Assembly (NCBI GenBank): GCA_963727625.1
Contig: CAVSHR010000005.1
Span: 960,001 to 1,024,000 of the forward strand
DNA length: 64,000 nucleotides
Source of the DNA: an uncultured delta proteobacterium
GTDB taxonomy: Bacteria > Desulfobacterota > Binatia > UBA9968
Reading direction: 5' to 3'
Position numbers and translations under genes: made by a program. The notes under the pieces were generated by a model. That model saw only the letters and a list, made by a program, of their open reading frames with translations, was not told where the DNA came from and ran no database searches. Positions 1 to 9,827 of the stretch are shown one piece after another; within the stretch, counting starts at the first letter, position 1, and every line of letters starts with the position of its first letter.

Positions 1-3000
1 GTGCGGGCAAACGAACCGCCAATCCGGGTTCGATTACCGTTTTTGTCATACTCATAAGTCAGATTTCCGAGCACGGTGATCCCATTCTGTTTATAAGTCA
101 TACTCGTCAATCGCGAGGCTCCATCGTAGCCGTATTCTACCAAAACCCCGTTGGGGAGTGTAAGGCTCGTCCGCCGTCCGGCCGCGTCGTAGGTGTAACT
201 CGCTATGGACGAGCCCTGCATGATCTGCGTAAGGCGGTTCACATTATCATAGGAGTAGGTGACGCTCGACTGTCCCGCCACGGTCATGCTGGCCCGCCGT
301 CCTGCGGCATCGTAGGTGTAGCCGACCGATCCCTGCGGCGTGGTCTCGGAGGTCAATCGGTCCAAGCCGTCATACGTCCGGGTAATCATTCCGGCGACGG
401 AGTCGTTTACCTGGAGCAGCCGGTTACCTTTGTCGTAGGTGAAAGTTGTCGTGGACGTGTCTTGATAGGTCACGCCCGTGCGACGATTGAGGGCGTCGTA
501 GGTGTAGATCGTCGCCTGGCTCTTGCGGTCGGTAAACTGCGACACGTTCCCGTTGAGGTCGTACTGATAACCCTCGGTGCGAAGCAAGGGGTCTTTTCGC
601 GTCGCAAGCCGGTCCATGTTGTCGTAGGTATAGATCGTCGGGTTTGAGCGTGCGTCGGTGACACTCAGCAGGTTGCCGTTGGGGTCGTAACTAAAATTCG
701 TCTGCCCATTTATCGGATCGGTAATCTTGGTGAGTTTATTGAGGCCGTCATAGTCAAATATGGAGGCATTACCGCGCGGATCGGCCTGGCTAATGACTCG
801 GCCAGCCGAATCAAGTAGCCCGTTCGTAACGTTGCCCAGGGGATCGGTAACCGACACGACATCTCCCAGGTCGTATCCAAGAGTCGTTGCCTGCCCGAGA
901 GGGTTTTTTACAGTCACGGGCTGGCCGGTCTGATTGTTAACGAAGACCGTTGTTTCGCCGAGCGGGTTGCTCGCGCTAACTAAATTGCCTTCCAAATCAT
1001 AATTTAACGTCGTTGTGTGATTAAGTGGATCGGTGATGCTCGCCAACTGGTTGAAGTGGGGCTCATAGGTGAAAGTCGTCGTCACGGCATCCGGAGTGCC
1101 GTCGAGGCGTGTTACGCTCGTCGTATTCCCCAAAGAATCGTAAGTGTAGGAGGTGGTCCGATTGAGCGCATCGACTTGAGACAAGCGAAAATTGGTTCCG
1201 GACTCAAGGTTGTAAGTGATCGTTTGTTCTTCAGGCAAGCCCAGTGCGCGTGTGTCGGAGACAATCTGCCGGTCTGCATTGAAAGTGACACGTCTTACAT
1301 TGCTGCGCGGATCCGTCACGTCGGTTTGGGTAACGTTGCTTCCGTTCATCGTGTAGTCGAACTGATAGATACCGCCGTCGATCATTGTCTGTCGCGTGAC
1401 TTTCCCGGTAGTGTCATATTCGTTGGTAATGTAAACAGTGCCCCTCGCGTCCTTGACCGTCGTCATTCGGTTGAGCGTGTCGTAGGTGTATTCGTTCGTT
1501 TCGCCGTTGGGATCGGTGACGCGAAATAAACGTCCGCTCGCGTCGTATTCGTAGTCGACGGTCCGGCCGGCATTATCCCGGGCTTGGGTGACTCGATGGC
1601 TTCCGTCGTAGGTAAACTCAATCCAACGACTACCCGGGCTGGTGATCCGAATAATGTCACCGGAGCCGGCCCGTTCAATGGTGGTTACGTTTCCATTGCG
1701 GTCCGCAATGCTGAGAAGCGCCGCCTGGGTTTGGCGTTGCGTCAGTTCACTGTCGGGAAAGTAGTAGCGCATTCCATCCTTGCGCTTCAGTTCCCAAACG
1801 CCGACCCAGCGAATTGTCGATTTGTACCAAATCGACTGAGTCGCATCATGCTCAAACACCGCATCGCCATAACCCGTGCCGGGGGAAATGCGAGTGAAAT
1901 GGAAACCACCTCCGTCCGCCATGATAAGATCCACGTCAGTGTAGAGATGACCGATAATATACATGTCATAAGGGTGGCTCGTGCCGAGCCCAAAGGCGCG
2001 GCTCACCGTGTCACCCGGCCGGTAGGTACGGGTTAAGGTAATTGGCATTACACTGTCGGCAACTTGGAGATCGGTCTTTTTATAGACGAACAGTCCGGTG
2101 GCCGCGTCGACAGGATCACCGACTGCGCAGTTCAAATCAGAAGGGCAGGACGGCGGTCCGCATAGATAGCCGCACCCTCCTTGGTACATGCCGCCGGTAA
2201 ACTCGTAGATCGAAATCCCATCGTCGGGAATGACCTGCTTGCCGTCTTCAAGGACCGTTCCCTGGCCGTACACGTACCAGCCGCGATATTCTTCTGGGTC
2301 GTAATGCCAAAAGGCAAAGCGCGTACCGGGAAGTTGCTTATAGCCATTGGGGTAGTAGATTCGCGCACCGATGCCGCCGGGGTTGCGGATATAAGCGCCG
2401 CCGGGCTGTGCGGTGAAATAGACCGGGACATCCACCGCAGGCAATGGGAATGGGGTACGATCCGTAGGAATCGCTGTGAGGCTCACTTCATTCACCGGCT
2501 TCTGATCACGCCCGATGAGCTCGCCATTGGCCGGGAGACGAAGCTCCAGATCTTTGATCTTCGGCGTTGTAATGATGAACTCGCTGCTTGGCTTCTGGGG
2601 AATCGCCACAGCATGTTCCGTGTCGATCTTTGGCAGCCAGATCGTGAATGGAAGGACCAGCGTCTGCCCGTCTTTGATCTCCAAGCCATATTCGAATAAG
2701 CCATGATCTTCTTCAGAGCGAAGGACGGATGAATTATCGCTCACGCGCCGCCGGCCCTTGTGCCCATCGATAATCAATTCGCCCCAACCGGCACCGATGT
2801 CCGCCAGCAAGAATCTCCCTGTCTCATCGGTCGTTGCGCTCTTTGATTTCCCCCCATATTCGCTCTCGACTTCCATCTCGACGTTTGCCAGCGGCAAGCC
2901 ATGGAGGTCCAAAACCTGACCGGCCAGAGCGGTCACACCGGCTGGAGCTTGCAGCGCCGGCAAATCCTGCCAATCCGAATGCGGCTTGCCGTCCTTGAGT

Positions 3001-4178
3001 TTGCCTTTCCATGCTAAGCCATCGTCGGTGTCTGCATCTGATGAACTCGACGGCTGGATTGAAATCTGGGAAGTGGCTGAAGACGAATTGCTCGAATCCA
3101 ACGGGGAATTTCCGCCTCCGGCTACGGATTTCGTTGAAAAACTAATGCCCGATACTGGCAAAGACAGTCCGTCCCTATCGACCGCACCGTTAACCGATAC
3201 GGTATAAGTCGACCCAAGGAGCAAAGGCGACTCGGGCGTAATAAACGCCAGAGATCCGTTCTCTGCGGGAACCACAGAGATTCTTTCGAGCCCTTTGGGA
3301 CCGCTTAAGGAGACCGTGTTCGGGTTGACTGTTTCCGCACGTAGTGGCTTGGAGAAGCGCAGAGACACCAGGCTCTCTATGTCGACATCGACAGAACGAT
3401 CGAGGGGGATCGAAGCGACTAATGAGGGAGCGTCCGTCGATGACGCTATAAGATCGGCCGGAAATGTCGGTTCGAGCGTAAAACGCTGGGTCGAGGGATC
3501 GTACAACTCGCCGTTATTGAGTGCATTCCCTGCTCCGTCGGCACCGCCCCAAAGCAGGACCCGTCCATCCGAGAGTAAAGTAGCGCTGTGGTCACGCCTC
3601 GGAGTTAACGTGGCGGGTAAAGAGACAGCAGATGGATCGACGGCGTCCCAAAGCTCCGCAGCGTCGAGCGCCTGGCCGTTACTTCCGACTCCTCCTGTGA
3701 TCAAGACGTGACCATCGGAGAGTAAAGTGGCGGTATGATGTGCTCGCGGGGTAACTCCAGCTGATGGCAAGATGGAGAACGTCTGTGTGGCAGGATCGAA
3801 AAGTTCCGCAGTCGAAACGACTTGCTTACCGTTGCCGAGCCCTCCCAGAATGAGAACCAGGCCATCGGGCAACATCGTGGCTGTATGCCAAGCACGGCCT
3901 TGAATCATCGTCGCGGGAAGCGTTGTGAGAGTGTTTGTCGTAGGGTTCCAGATGGACGCCGCCTTCATTCCCCCCGCAGGGCTCTCGCCGCCCAACAAGA
4001 GCAGCGTGCCGTCTGAAAGCTTTGCTGCCGTTTGGCCGGGATTCAGATTGGGCGATGCCGGTAAAGATTGAGAGCTCAGTGATATGGGCAAAACCGCGCT
4101 TGCAACACAGATAGCGCATACCCATATAATCGGTGCCAATTTGCATTGCTTTTTGAAGTTTAAAAACAATTTCTTCAT
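1..4178 (-). CDS. RHS/YD-repeat protein with signal peptide, Kelch-like repeats, Ig-like and carboxypeptidase-regulatory-like domains (3' end outside window)
   Basis: Manual translation from ATG at 4178: MKKLFLNFKK...; repeats RAWHTATMLPDGLVLILGG, RAHHTATLLSDGHVLITGG, RRDHSATLLSDGRVLLWGG; VSLRFSKPL Ig-like segment; GDPVDAATG pre-RHS motif; many YTYD/YEYD..GRL repeats. Absent from the ORF track because no stop lies in the window. Confidence 0.9.
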   Translation of the reverse strand, partial: MKKLFLNFKKQCKLAPIIWVCAICVASAVLPISLSSQSLPASPNLNPGQTAAKLSDGTLLLLGGESPAGGMKAASIWNPTTNTLTTLPATMIQGRAWHTATMLPDGLVLILGGLGNGKQVVSTAELFDPATQTFSILPSAGVTPRAHHTATLLSDGHVLITGGVGSNGQALDAAELWDAVDPSAVSLPATLTPRRDHSATLLSDGRVLLWGGADGAGNALNNGELYDPSTQRFTLEPTFPADLIASSTDAPSLVASIPLDRSVDVDIESLVSLRFSKPLRAETVNPNTVSLSGPKGLERISVVPAENGSLAFITPESPLLLGSTYTVSVNGAVDRDGLSLPVSGISFSTKSVAGGGNSPLDSSNSSSATSQISIQPSSSSDADTDDGLAWKGKLKDGKPHSDWQDLPALQAPAGVTALAGQVLDLHGLPLANVEMEVESEYGGKSKSATTDETGRFLLADIGAGWGELIIDGHKGRRRVSDNSSVLRSEEDHGLFEYGLEIKDGQTLVLPFTIWLPKIDTEHAVAIPQKPSSEFIITTPKIKDLELRLPANGELIGRDQKPVNEVSLTAIPTDRTPFPLPAVDVPVYFTAQPGGAYIRNPGGIGARIYYPNGYKQLPGTRFAFWHYDPEEYRGWYVYGQGTVLEDGKQVIPDDGISIYEFTGGMYQGGCGYLCGPPSCPSDLNCAVGDPVDAATGLFVYKKTDLQVADSVMPITLTRTYRPGDTVSRAFGLGTSHPYDMYIIGHLYTDVDLIMADGGGFHFTRISPGTGYGDAVFEHDATQSIWYKSTIRWVGVWELKRKDGMRYYFPDSELTQRQTQAALLSIADRNGNVTTIERAGSGDIIRITSPGSRWIEFTYDGSHRVTQARDNAGRTVDYEYDASGRLFRVTDPNGETNEYTYDTLNRMTTVKDARGTVYITNEYDTTGKVTRQTMIDGGIYQFDYTMNGSNVTQTDVTDPRSNVRRVTFNADRQIVSDTRALGLPEEQTITYNLESGTNFRLSQVDALNRTTSYTYDSLGNTTSVTRLDGTPDAVTTTFTYEPHFNQLASITDPLNHTTTLNYDLEGNLVSASNPLGETTVFVNNQTGQPVTVKNPLGQATTLGYDLGDVVSVTDPLGNVTNGLLDSAGRVISQADPRGNASIFDYDGLNKLTKITDPINGQTNFSYDPNGNLLSVTDARSNPTIYTYDNMDRLATRKDPLLRTEGYQYDLNGNVSQFTDRKSQATIYTYDALNRRTGVTYQDTSTTTFTYDKGNRLLQVNDSVAGMITRTYDGLDRLTSETTPQGSVGYTYDAAGRRASMTVAGQSSVTYSYDNVNRLTQIMQGSSIASYTYDAAGRRTSLTLPNGVLVEYGYDGASRLTSMTYKQNGITVLGNLTYEYDKNGNRTRIGGSFAR

Positions 4179-4238
4179 TTCAAACCTCGATTGCTTTCAC
4201 AGTCGGCTAACTCTTCCGGCGATCAGTTGTAAATCACA

Positions 4239-7200
4239 TTATGGAACGACAGTACTCCCTCCGGCTTGGGTGCCATCGGAAAACGTCACGACGATGTAAA
4301 AAACCGTGCCGGAATTAAAGTGGGTGTTATTGTAATCGGATCCAAAGACAGAAAAGCTCCCGCCACTTGCCAACGTGAAGTTAACCATACCGAGCGAATC
4401 GTTATAGAACGGGGCATCGAAGTTACTTGCTGCGCCAAGAACCCAAAAGGTGTCCGGTACGGTGTTCCAGTAACCGTACACGCTGTTACGTAGCTCAAGC
4501 GATGTGACAGTTCGTTGCCCGGAACCCGCTGGTGAACTCACCGTAAATGTGCCGTCCAAAGCGCCGTCCGGGTTCAACGCGGCGGGACCTGTATAAGAGT
4601 CACCTTGGCCTACACGGTCACGGATTTTGCCGTTATAGGTGAGTGTTAGAAATGGCCACGAAACCAACCTCAAAGTCACTTGGCCAAGTCCATCGACGCC
4701 GGGATCGACCATCAAGGTATAGGTTCCGTCTGTCGGCAACGGATATCCCCCCAAAGAAAACTGCGCGCTGCAAGACCCTCCCTGCGGCCCTAAGACTGCA
4801 TTTGACGGGCTTAGTATGGTTAGGCTTATCCCACAGGAGAAACCTTGGTCGGGGAATGTCGAGTTAGAGCCTTCTATGTTGATTAATTGTCCGGACGTTG
4901 CGGTAAACGTTAGAAGCGCTCTTTGACCCGGCGTGGTTATATTCACGGTTACGGGCGGGCCGTCCACCGTAATAGCTTCGGTTACGTCCACTACAGTGTA
5001 GAGTGTTGTTGTTACTTGGCCTGTGGAGGGACCCGAACCATCAACCCGTAGCGAGTAGGTTCCAGTTTCAGATAATGTCACGGGTTCGAGAAATTGTTGA
5101 CCGTTGCAAAAGTTGATTGAACCCAACGACGAATTGTCCGGCGCGCGAATGGATACCGACCCCGTGCCGCAGCCAAAAGTAGAGTTCAATGCGTGCAGAC
5201 TGACTATCTGATTTTGAGTGCCGGCAAAGCTGCGAATTATCTTTTGCCCCGGTACGGCTAGGTTAGCGAATACCGGTATGCCGTCGGCGGAAATTGACCC
5301 TTGGTCATCCGGTGGGACATTGTATAATCCAATGGTTGCTCTTCCAGTTCCTCCGCCTTGCGGATCGAGGAGGAGGGTATAGGTTCCCGAAACCGGGAGC
5401 TCTAGTGGTTCAATAAAAATTCCAGTGCCATTGGCCCAGGTTCCGCTAACGAGTGTCTGACCGTCGGGTTTGTAGATATAGACATAAGCCGCTTGGCACC
5501 ACGGACAGGCCATGGGTAAATTTGCGCCTGTAATATTCAAAGAGATCCTTTGCCCGGCTGTGCCGGTGAATGTCCACCAGGGATTCTGTCCGGGTATGGG
5601 CACACTCACTATTATGGGCGAATCCATCGCAATTGTCCCTTTGTCTTCTCCGCTAATATGACTCAAAGTGAGATTTGCCTGCCCGGTGCCGTCGCCGGGA
5701 TTGACCAAAACCGGATCGAACAAAATGGAGTAAGTCCCCGACATGGGAAGAGTTGGGGGCTCAAAATAGTGAGAACTCGAATTTGCCCAACTAGTGGTTA
5801 CCCATGAACTCCCATCTGGGCGGTAAAAGGTAAGAACAACATTTGAGCACCACGGGCAAGGAAAAGGATAGGTAGAGTTTGATACGCCCAAACTGACCCG
5901 GTGTCCCGCTATCCCGTCAAACACGAGCAAACCCTTTTTACCAGAGGTATTGAGGATCACGTTAAGAGGCGTCGCTTCGGCCAGGCGCCCAGTAAATTCG
6001 ATATGAGTGGCGGTTAAAGGCGATGGTGGTATGAAGAAATCTGCGTTACTCGTACCCTTGCCCCAGGCGGTAGTGACAGAAATTTGCCCAGAGCCCGTGC
6101 CGGTCGGAACTGTGGTAGAAAGTGAAGTGGGGCTGGCTGAGCTGATTGAGCCATGACTGATATTAAAGCGCAGATCATTTTTGCTGGGACTGTTATCAAA
6201 ATTATTTCCGGTAACTGTCACAGGCGTACCGACGGCACCAATGACCGGCGAGAATCCCGAAAGCGTAGGTGTCCCGCCCGACGACGAAGTGATAACCGTA
6301 AACAAATCGGCGCTTGTCGATGATCCTGACGGAGTCGTAATGCCGATAGGTCCCGTCGTTGCGCCGGAGGGAACCTCGGCGACAATCTGGGTTGGCGCGG
6401 ACGAGAGCACGGTCGCAGCTATCCCATTAAAGGTTACGCTATTCTGGGCCGGGGTTGCGCTAAAGCCTGTTCCCAAAATGGTGACTGCTGTACCTTCCGC
6501 GCCACTTTTCGGTGCAAATTCAATGAGCGAACCTTGTGAAGACGGGTATCGGGATATTCCAAGAAGATTTCCAACTGCGTCGTACGCATAGGTTGCCGTC
6601 TGCCCCGAGACATCGATAACTGCCTTTAGCCGTGAAAGCGGATCGTAGACATAGACAATCCGCTCTTGGCTCAGGCTAAAGTTGGCCGTTGCTGTAGAAC
6701 CTAAGAGCACCTCGACGCCGCTTTGAGTCTGCGCCAAAAAGCCAGGAGCCGATGTACGAATGTCAAAAATGCCGGTCGGTACATTCGGAATCGAATAGAC
6801 CCCATCTGCCGCCGAGACTCCGGAGCTCTTTACGATCCCTGATTGTAAAGCTTCGACTGTGGCACCCTCAATCGGTGCGCCGCCGCTTGCATTCAATATC
6901 GTTCCAGTGACCCCTCCCAATGGGGTTGTAATATCGAAGGGTGCGCTCGTAATGGTTTGGAAGCCGGAGGATGAAGCTCTGAGCGTATATGTGCCCAATG
7001 CATCGATTCTGAGATCGGAAAACGTCGCAACACCGGCTGATGCATTCTTTGTTTTTGTACCGTAAAGAGCCCCGTAATTTGGGCTGTTAATTTCTACCGT
7101 TATCGGCGAAGCGGAAGAAGTCACTATATTCCCAAAATTATCTTTGAATGCGATTGCGGGTGGCCCGACTATTGTTGCGCCGGCTTGTGAAGTTCCGGGC

Positions 7201-8354
7201 TGGGTTATGATTGATAGAGTCGTCGGATTGCCCGGATCAAACGTAATTGGGCTACTGTCACCGGGGTCTAAAAGGTCGCCGCTAGTTCTTGTAGCGGTTA
7301 ATACAACCCCGCTCTCAGCCTTGGTGTACTGAACAGGGCCGATAAACACTTGATATGAGCCAGCTGGGATTACTCCCGTTAGAGTGCCACTCAGGATCCC
7401 CGTACCTGTTTTAAGGCTAAGACTGACGCCGGTATCACTGCTCACGTTTGTCGGAACGCCACTGACGCTCTGGGACTGTACATGGAAAGAAAGGTCATAC
7501 CCTACAAAAGGATTTAACCCGGAAGTAATGATGGCGAGTTTGCTAACAGGCTCGACTGAATTTACTAAAATACCGGCTGAGGCGACCCAAGCACCGTTGC
7601 TCGCAATTCGAAATTCATAATTTCCAGGTGTCAGGGTATTGTAAATCAAAACATTACATGACCCGGAAGTAATCGGACTGCTCGGTACGACATATTGTGA
7701 ACAATTGAGGTAGCGCCAGTCGACATAGGAAGAGCTTCCAATCGGATATAGATAAAGCTTGTCACCTACGGCAGCGTTGCTCAGTTGATCCCAGGTCACG
7801 GAGACGATGCCGCCGGCGGGTATGACGGCAGGATTTGCGCTGAACGGGATTGGCGCAAGTACATTAACCGTAGTTGTAGACACCCGGCAATTGTTGGTCT
7901 CGTCAGACTCAGAGACTACCCCCGCTGCGTCGGCGCAGGCACCCAAATAGTAAGTTCCAACAGGCAGATTAGATGGAATGGTCACGGCCGTACTCGTATT
8001 GGAGCTCGCGGTTTTTTTGAGTACGTCGACTGACCTGGAGCCGATCAGCGTATCTGAACCCGTGATAGTGGCATCTGTCGACAAGCGAAATTCAGTAGTC
8101 GATGCGCCGGCTGTGTTCGTGCCCGAGTTAAGGGTTGTATCCGTAAGGGAAAAACTTCCTCCGGCAGGGATTGAGGACGGCGGATTACTAAGGATGCTAA
8201 TTTCTAGATCGGGATAAGACGCATGGGCGGCTTCCGCAGTTGACGGTCCCAGCCATAGCGGAAGATTGGGTGTCAGTGAGCAAACGCTCCAGTGGACGAG
8301 TACCAAAAACATCGATATGGTTATCGGCGAGCACTTCACTGAGGAACGAGACAT
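4239..8354 (-). CDS. Large secreted multi-domain protein (CARDB, carboxypeptidase-regulatory-like, short YD repeat, IPT/TIG, PPC-like repeats)
   Basis: 1371-aa ORF; hydrophobic N-terminus; YPDL...VSESDETNNC (CARDB); YVYDPLSRL...YAYDAVGNL; two FSP..G..GT.VT..G..F IPT/TIG units; repeated LP.SGTY.L..DP units. Confidence 0.85.
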   Translation of the reverse strand: MSRSSVKCSPITISMFLVLVHWSVCSLTPNLPLWLGPSTAEAAHASYPDLEISILSNPPSSIPAGGSFSLTDTTLNSGTNTAGASTTEFRLSTDATITGSDTLIGSRSVDVLKKTASSNTSTAVTIPSNLPVGTYYLGACADAAGVVSESDETNNCRVSTTTVNVLAPIPFSANPAVIPAGGIVSVTWDQLSNAAVGDKLYLYPIGSSSYVDWRYLNCSQYVVPSSPITSGSCNVLIYNTLTPGNYEFRIASNGAWVASAGILVNSVEPVSKLAIITSGLNPFVGYDLSFHVQSQSVSGVPTNVSSDTGVSLSLKTGTGILSGTLTGVIPAGSYQVFIGPVQYTKAESGVVLTATRTSGDLLDPGDSSPITFDPGNPTTLSIITQPGTSQAGATIVGPPAIAFKDNFGNIVTSSASPITVEINSPNYGALYGTKTKNASAGVATFSDLRIDALGTYTLRASSSGFQTITSAPFDITTPLGGVTGTILNASGGAPIEGATVEALQSGIVKSSGVSAADGVYSIPNVPTGIFDIRTSAPGFLAQTQSGVEVLLGSTATANFSLSQERIVYVYDPLSRLKAVIDVSGQTATYAYDAVGNLLGISRYPSSQGSLIEFAPKSGAEGTAVTILGTGFSATPAQNSVTFNGIAATVLSSAPTQIVAEVPSGATTGPIGITTPSGSSTSADLFTVITSSSGGTPTLSGFSPVIGAVGTPVTVTGNNFDNSPSKNDLRFNISHGSISSASPTSLSTTVPTGTGSGQISVTTAWGKGTSNADFFIPPSPLTATHIEFTGRLAEATPLNVILNTSGKKGLLVFDGIAGHRVSLGVSNSTYPFPCPWCSNVVLTFYRPDGSSWVTTSWANSSSHYFEPPTLPMSGTYSILFDPVLVNPGDGTGQANLTLSHISGEDKGTIAMDSPIIVSVPIPGQNPWWTFTGTAGQRISLNITGANLPMACPWCQAAYVYIYKPDGQTLVSGTWANGTGIFIEPLELPVSGTYTLLLDPQGGGTGRATIGLYNVPPDDQGSISADGIPVFANLAVPGQKIIRSFAGTQNQIVSLHALNSTFGCGTGSVSIRAPDNSSLGSINFCNGQQFLEPVTLSETGTYSLRVDGSGPSTGQVTTTLYTVVDVTEAITVDGPPVTVNITTPGQRALLTFTATSGQLINIEGSNSTFPDQGFSCGISLTILSPSNAVLGPQGGSCSAQFSLGGYPLPTDGTYTLMVDPGVDGLGQVTLRLVSWPFLTLTYNGKIRDRVGQGDSYTGPAALNPDGALDGTFTVSSPAGSGQRTVTSLELRNSVYGYWNTVPDTFWVLGAASNFDAPFYNDSLGMVNFTLASGGSFSVFGSDYNNTHFNSGTVFYIVVTFSDGTQAGGSTVVP

Positions 8355-8470
8355 AAAGACTCCTCTGGGTGACGTAACACTAAAAGTAGGGGTGCAACAA
8401 TGCTTCTACACCGATAGGCTTACTACGCTCTGTCGGTGCGCCGCGTCCAATATAAAATTCTTATGGATAG

Positions 8471-8485
8471 ATAAGTTTTGCTTAT
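8471..8485. promoter_or_regulatory. Candidate LysR box (T-N11-A)
   Basis: Palindrome ATAAG-TTTTG-CTTAT in the AT-rich spacer between the divergent secreted-protein gene and the LysR gene. Confidence 0.5.
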
Positions 8486-8801
8486 TGGCTAAACGGAGCG
8501 GGTAGTGCGGGAAGATACCGTGTGGCGGGAATTGGGCATAGTGTTTATACGGTAATACGGCGCAAACGAAGTCTGACAACACTCGTTTACCGTCCCGTAA
8601 ACAAAAGTTTACAGCGACCTAATGTAGTGTCTGGTATTATCGCAAAAAGCTGATCGACAATTGCGAAATGAATTTGGACACTTAGATAGACTTGACAGCG
8701 GTCGGAGCGTATTGGCATGTCCTTTGCTGAAGGCTAGATTCCAGTTTGATTTTAATTGAGATGTAGCCAGGTTTTTGTGCGCTTGCGAATAGGAGCGTGG
8801 G

Positions 8802-9767
8802 ATGAATATTGATCGTGTCCGGCTATTCGTTTCCGCAGCACGGCAGCTCAGCGTCACTCGTGCAGCCTGCGAACACAAAATTAGCCAATCTGCGGTGAGC
8901 CAGCACCTCAAAATTTTACAGTACGAACTTGGAAGTATACTCTATAATAGAAATAAAAATGGGCGGTTTGTCTTAACGGACGCTGGCCAAGCTTTTTACG
9001 AAGATGCTGTTTCAGTGCTGTCAAGTGTCGATGAATTAAAGAACAAGCACAAAAAAGACATCTATTCGGTTACCATCGCCGCTAGTGATCGTCCGTCGCG
9101 GTTTCTTTTACCTCGTCTTATGACGGAATTTGTTAAAACACATCCATTGGCTAAGTTGACTTTAATTACTCGAAGTAGCCGTGAAATCGAGAAAATACTT
9201 TTAGAATCTAGGGTGGATCTCGCCCTTTTGACCGATTCAAAACTTCCGCCAGGGATCTTTGTCGCGGAGCCTTATTGCGTTGAAAAGCTCACTGCCTTTG
9301 TTGCAGCCGATCACCCATTAGCTAAAGGGACGGGTCTGCGGGCATCGGAAATTTTTACCAACCCCGTTATCATAAAGGCCACGGGCGACAGGGAGAGCAA
9401 AGTTGAAGCAGAACTGAGGAAGATGGAAAAGGAGGGTGTCAAATTCAAAACTGTAATACGCTGTGAATCTTCGGGTGTATTAAAGGAAATCGTGAAGCAG
9501 ACAATGGGCATAGGCGTTCTGTATTATAGTGCAATTAAGCCAGACATCGATCGAGGGGAGTTCAAGATCATTCAGTTTCCGAAATTCGATATAGCAGGAA
9601 AAGGTTACATCGTTTACCGAAAGGACAAGCCCTTCCCTATGCTTGCGCGAGACTTTCTGTTATTTCTCCGTACCTCGGTTGATAATTCAGAGCCAATCAA
9701 ACCTGTCCCAAAGGGTCCCTTCGCAAATGCACTTATGCATCGTCAGGTGCGTGACTATATGCACTGA
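8802..9767 (+). CDS. LysR-family transcriptional regulator
   Basis: HTH SVTRAACEHKISQSAVSQHLKILQYELG, LTDAG, C-terminal substrate-binding domain. Confidence 0.92.
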   Translation: MNIDRVRLFVSAARQLSVTRAACEHKISQSAVSQHLKILQYELGSILYNRNKNGRFVLTDAGQAFYEDAVSVLSSVDELKNKHKKDIYSVTIAASDRPSRFLLPRLMTEFVKTHPLAKLTLITRSSREIEKILLESRVDLALLTDSKLPPGIFVAEPYCVEKLTAFVAADHPLAKGTGLRASEIFTNPVIIKATGDRESKVEAELRKMEKEGVKFKTVIRCESSGVLKEIVKQTMGIGVLYYSAIKPDIDRGEFKIIQFPKFDIAGKGYIVYRKDKPFPMLARDFLLFLRTSVDNSEPIKPVPKGPFANALMHRQVRDYMH

Positions 9768-9827
9768 TTCGACCTGCGAGCTAGCCGGATTTCGGAGCTA
9801 CAATCAAAAAGAGTGGAAAAAGAAAGT

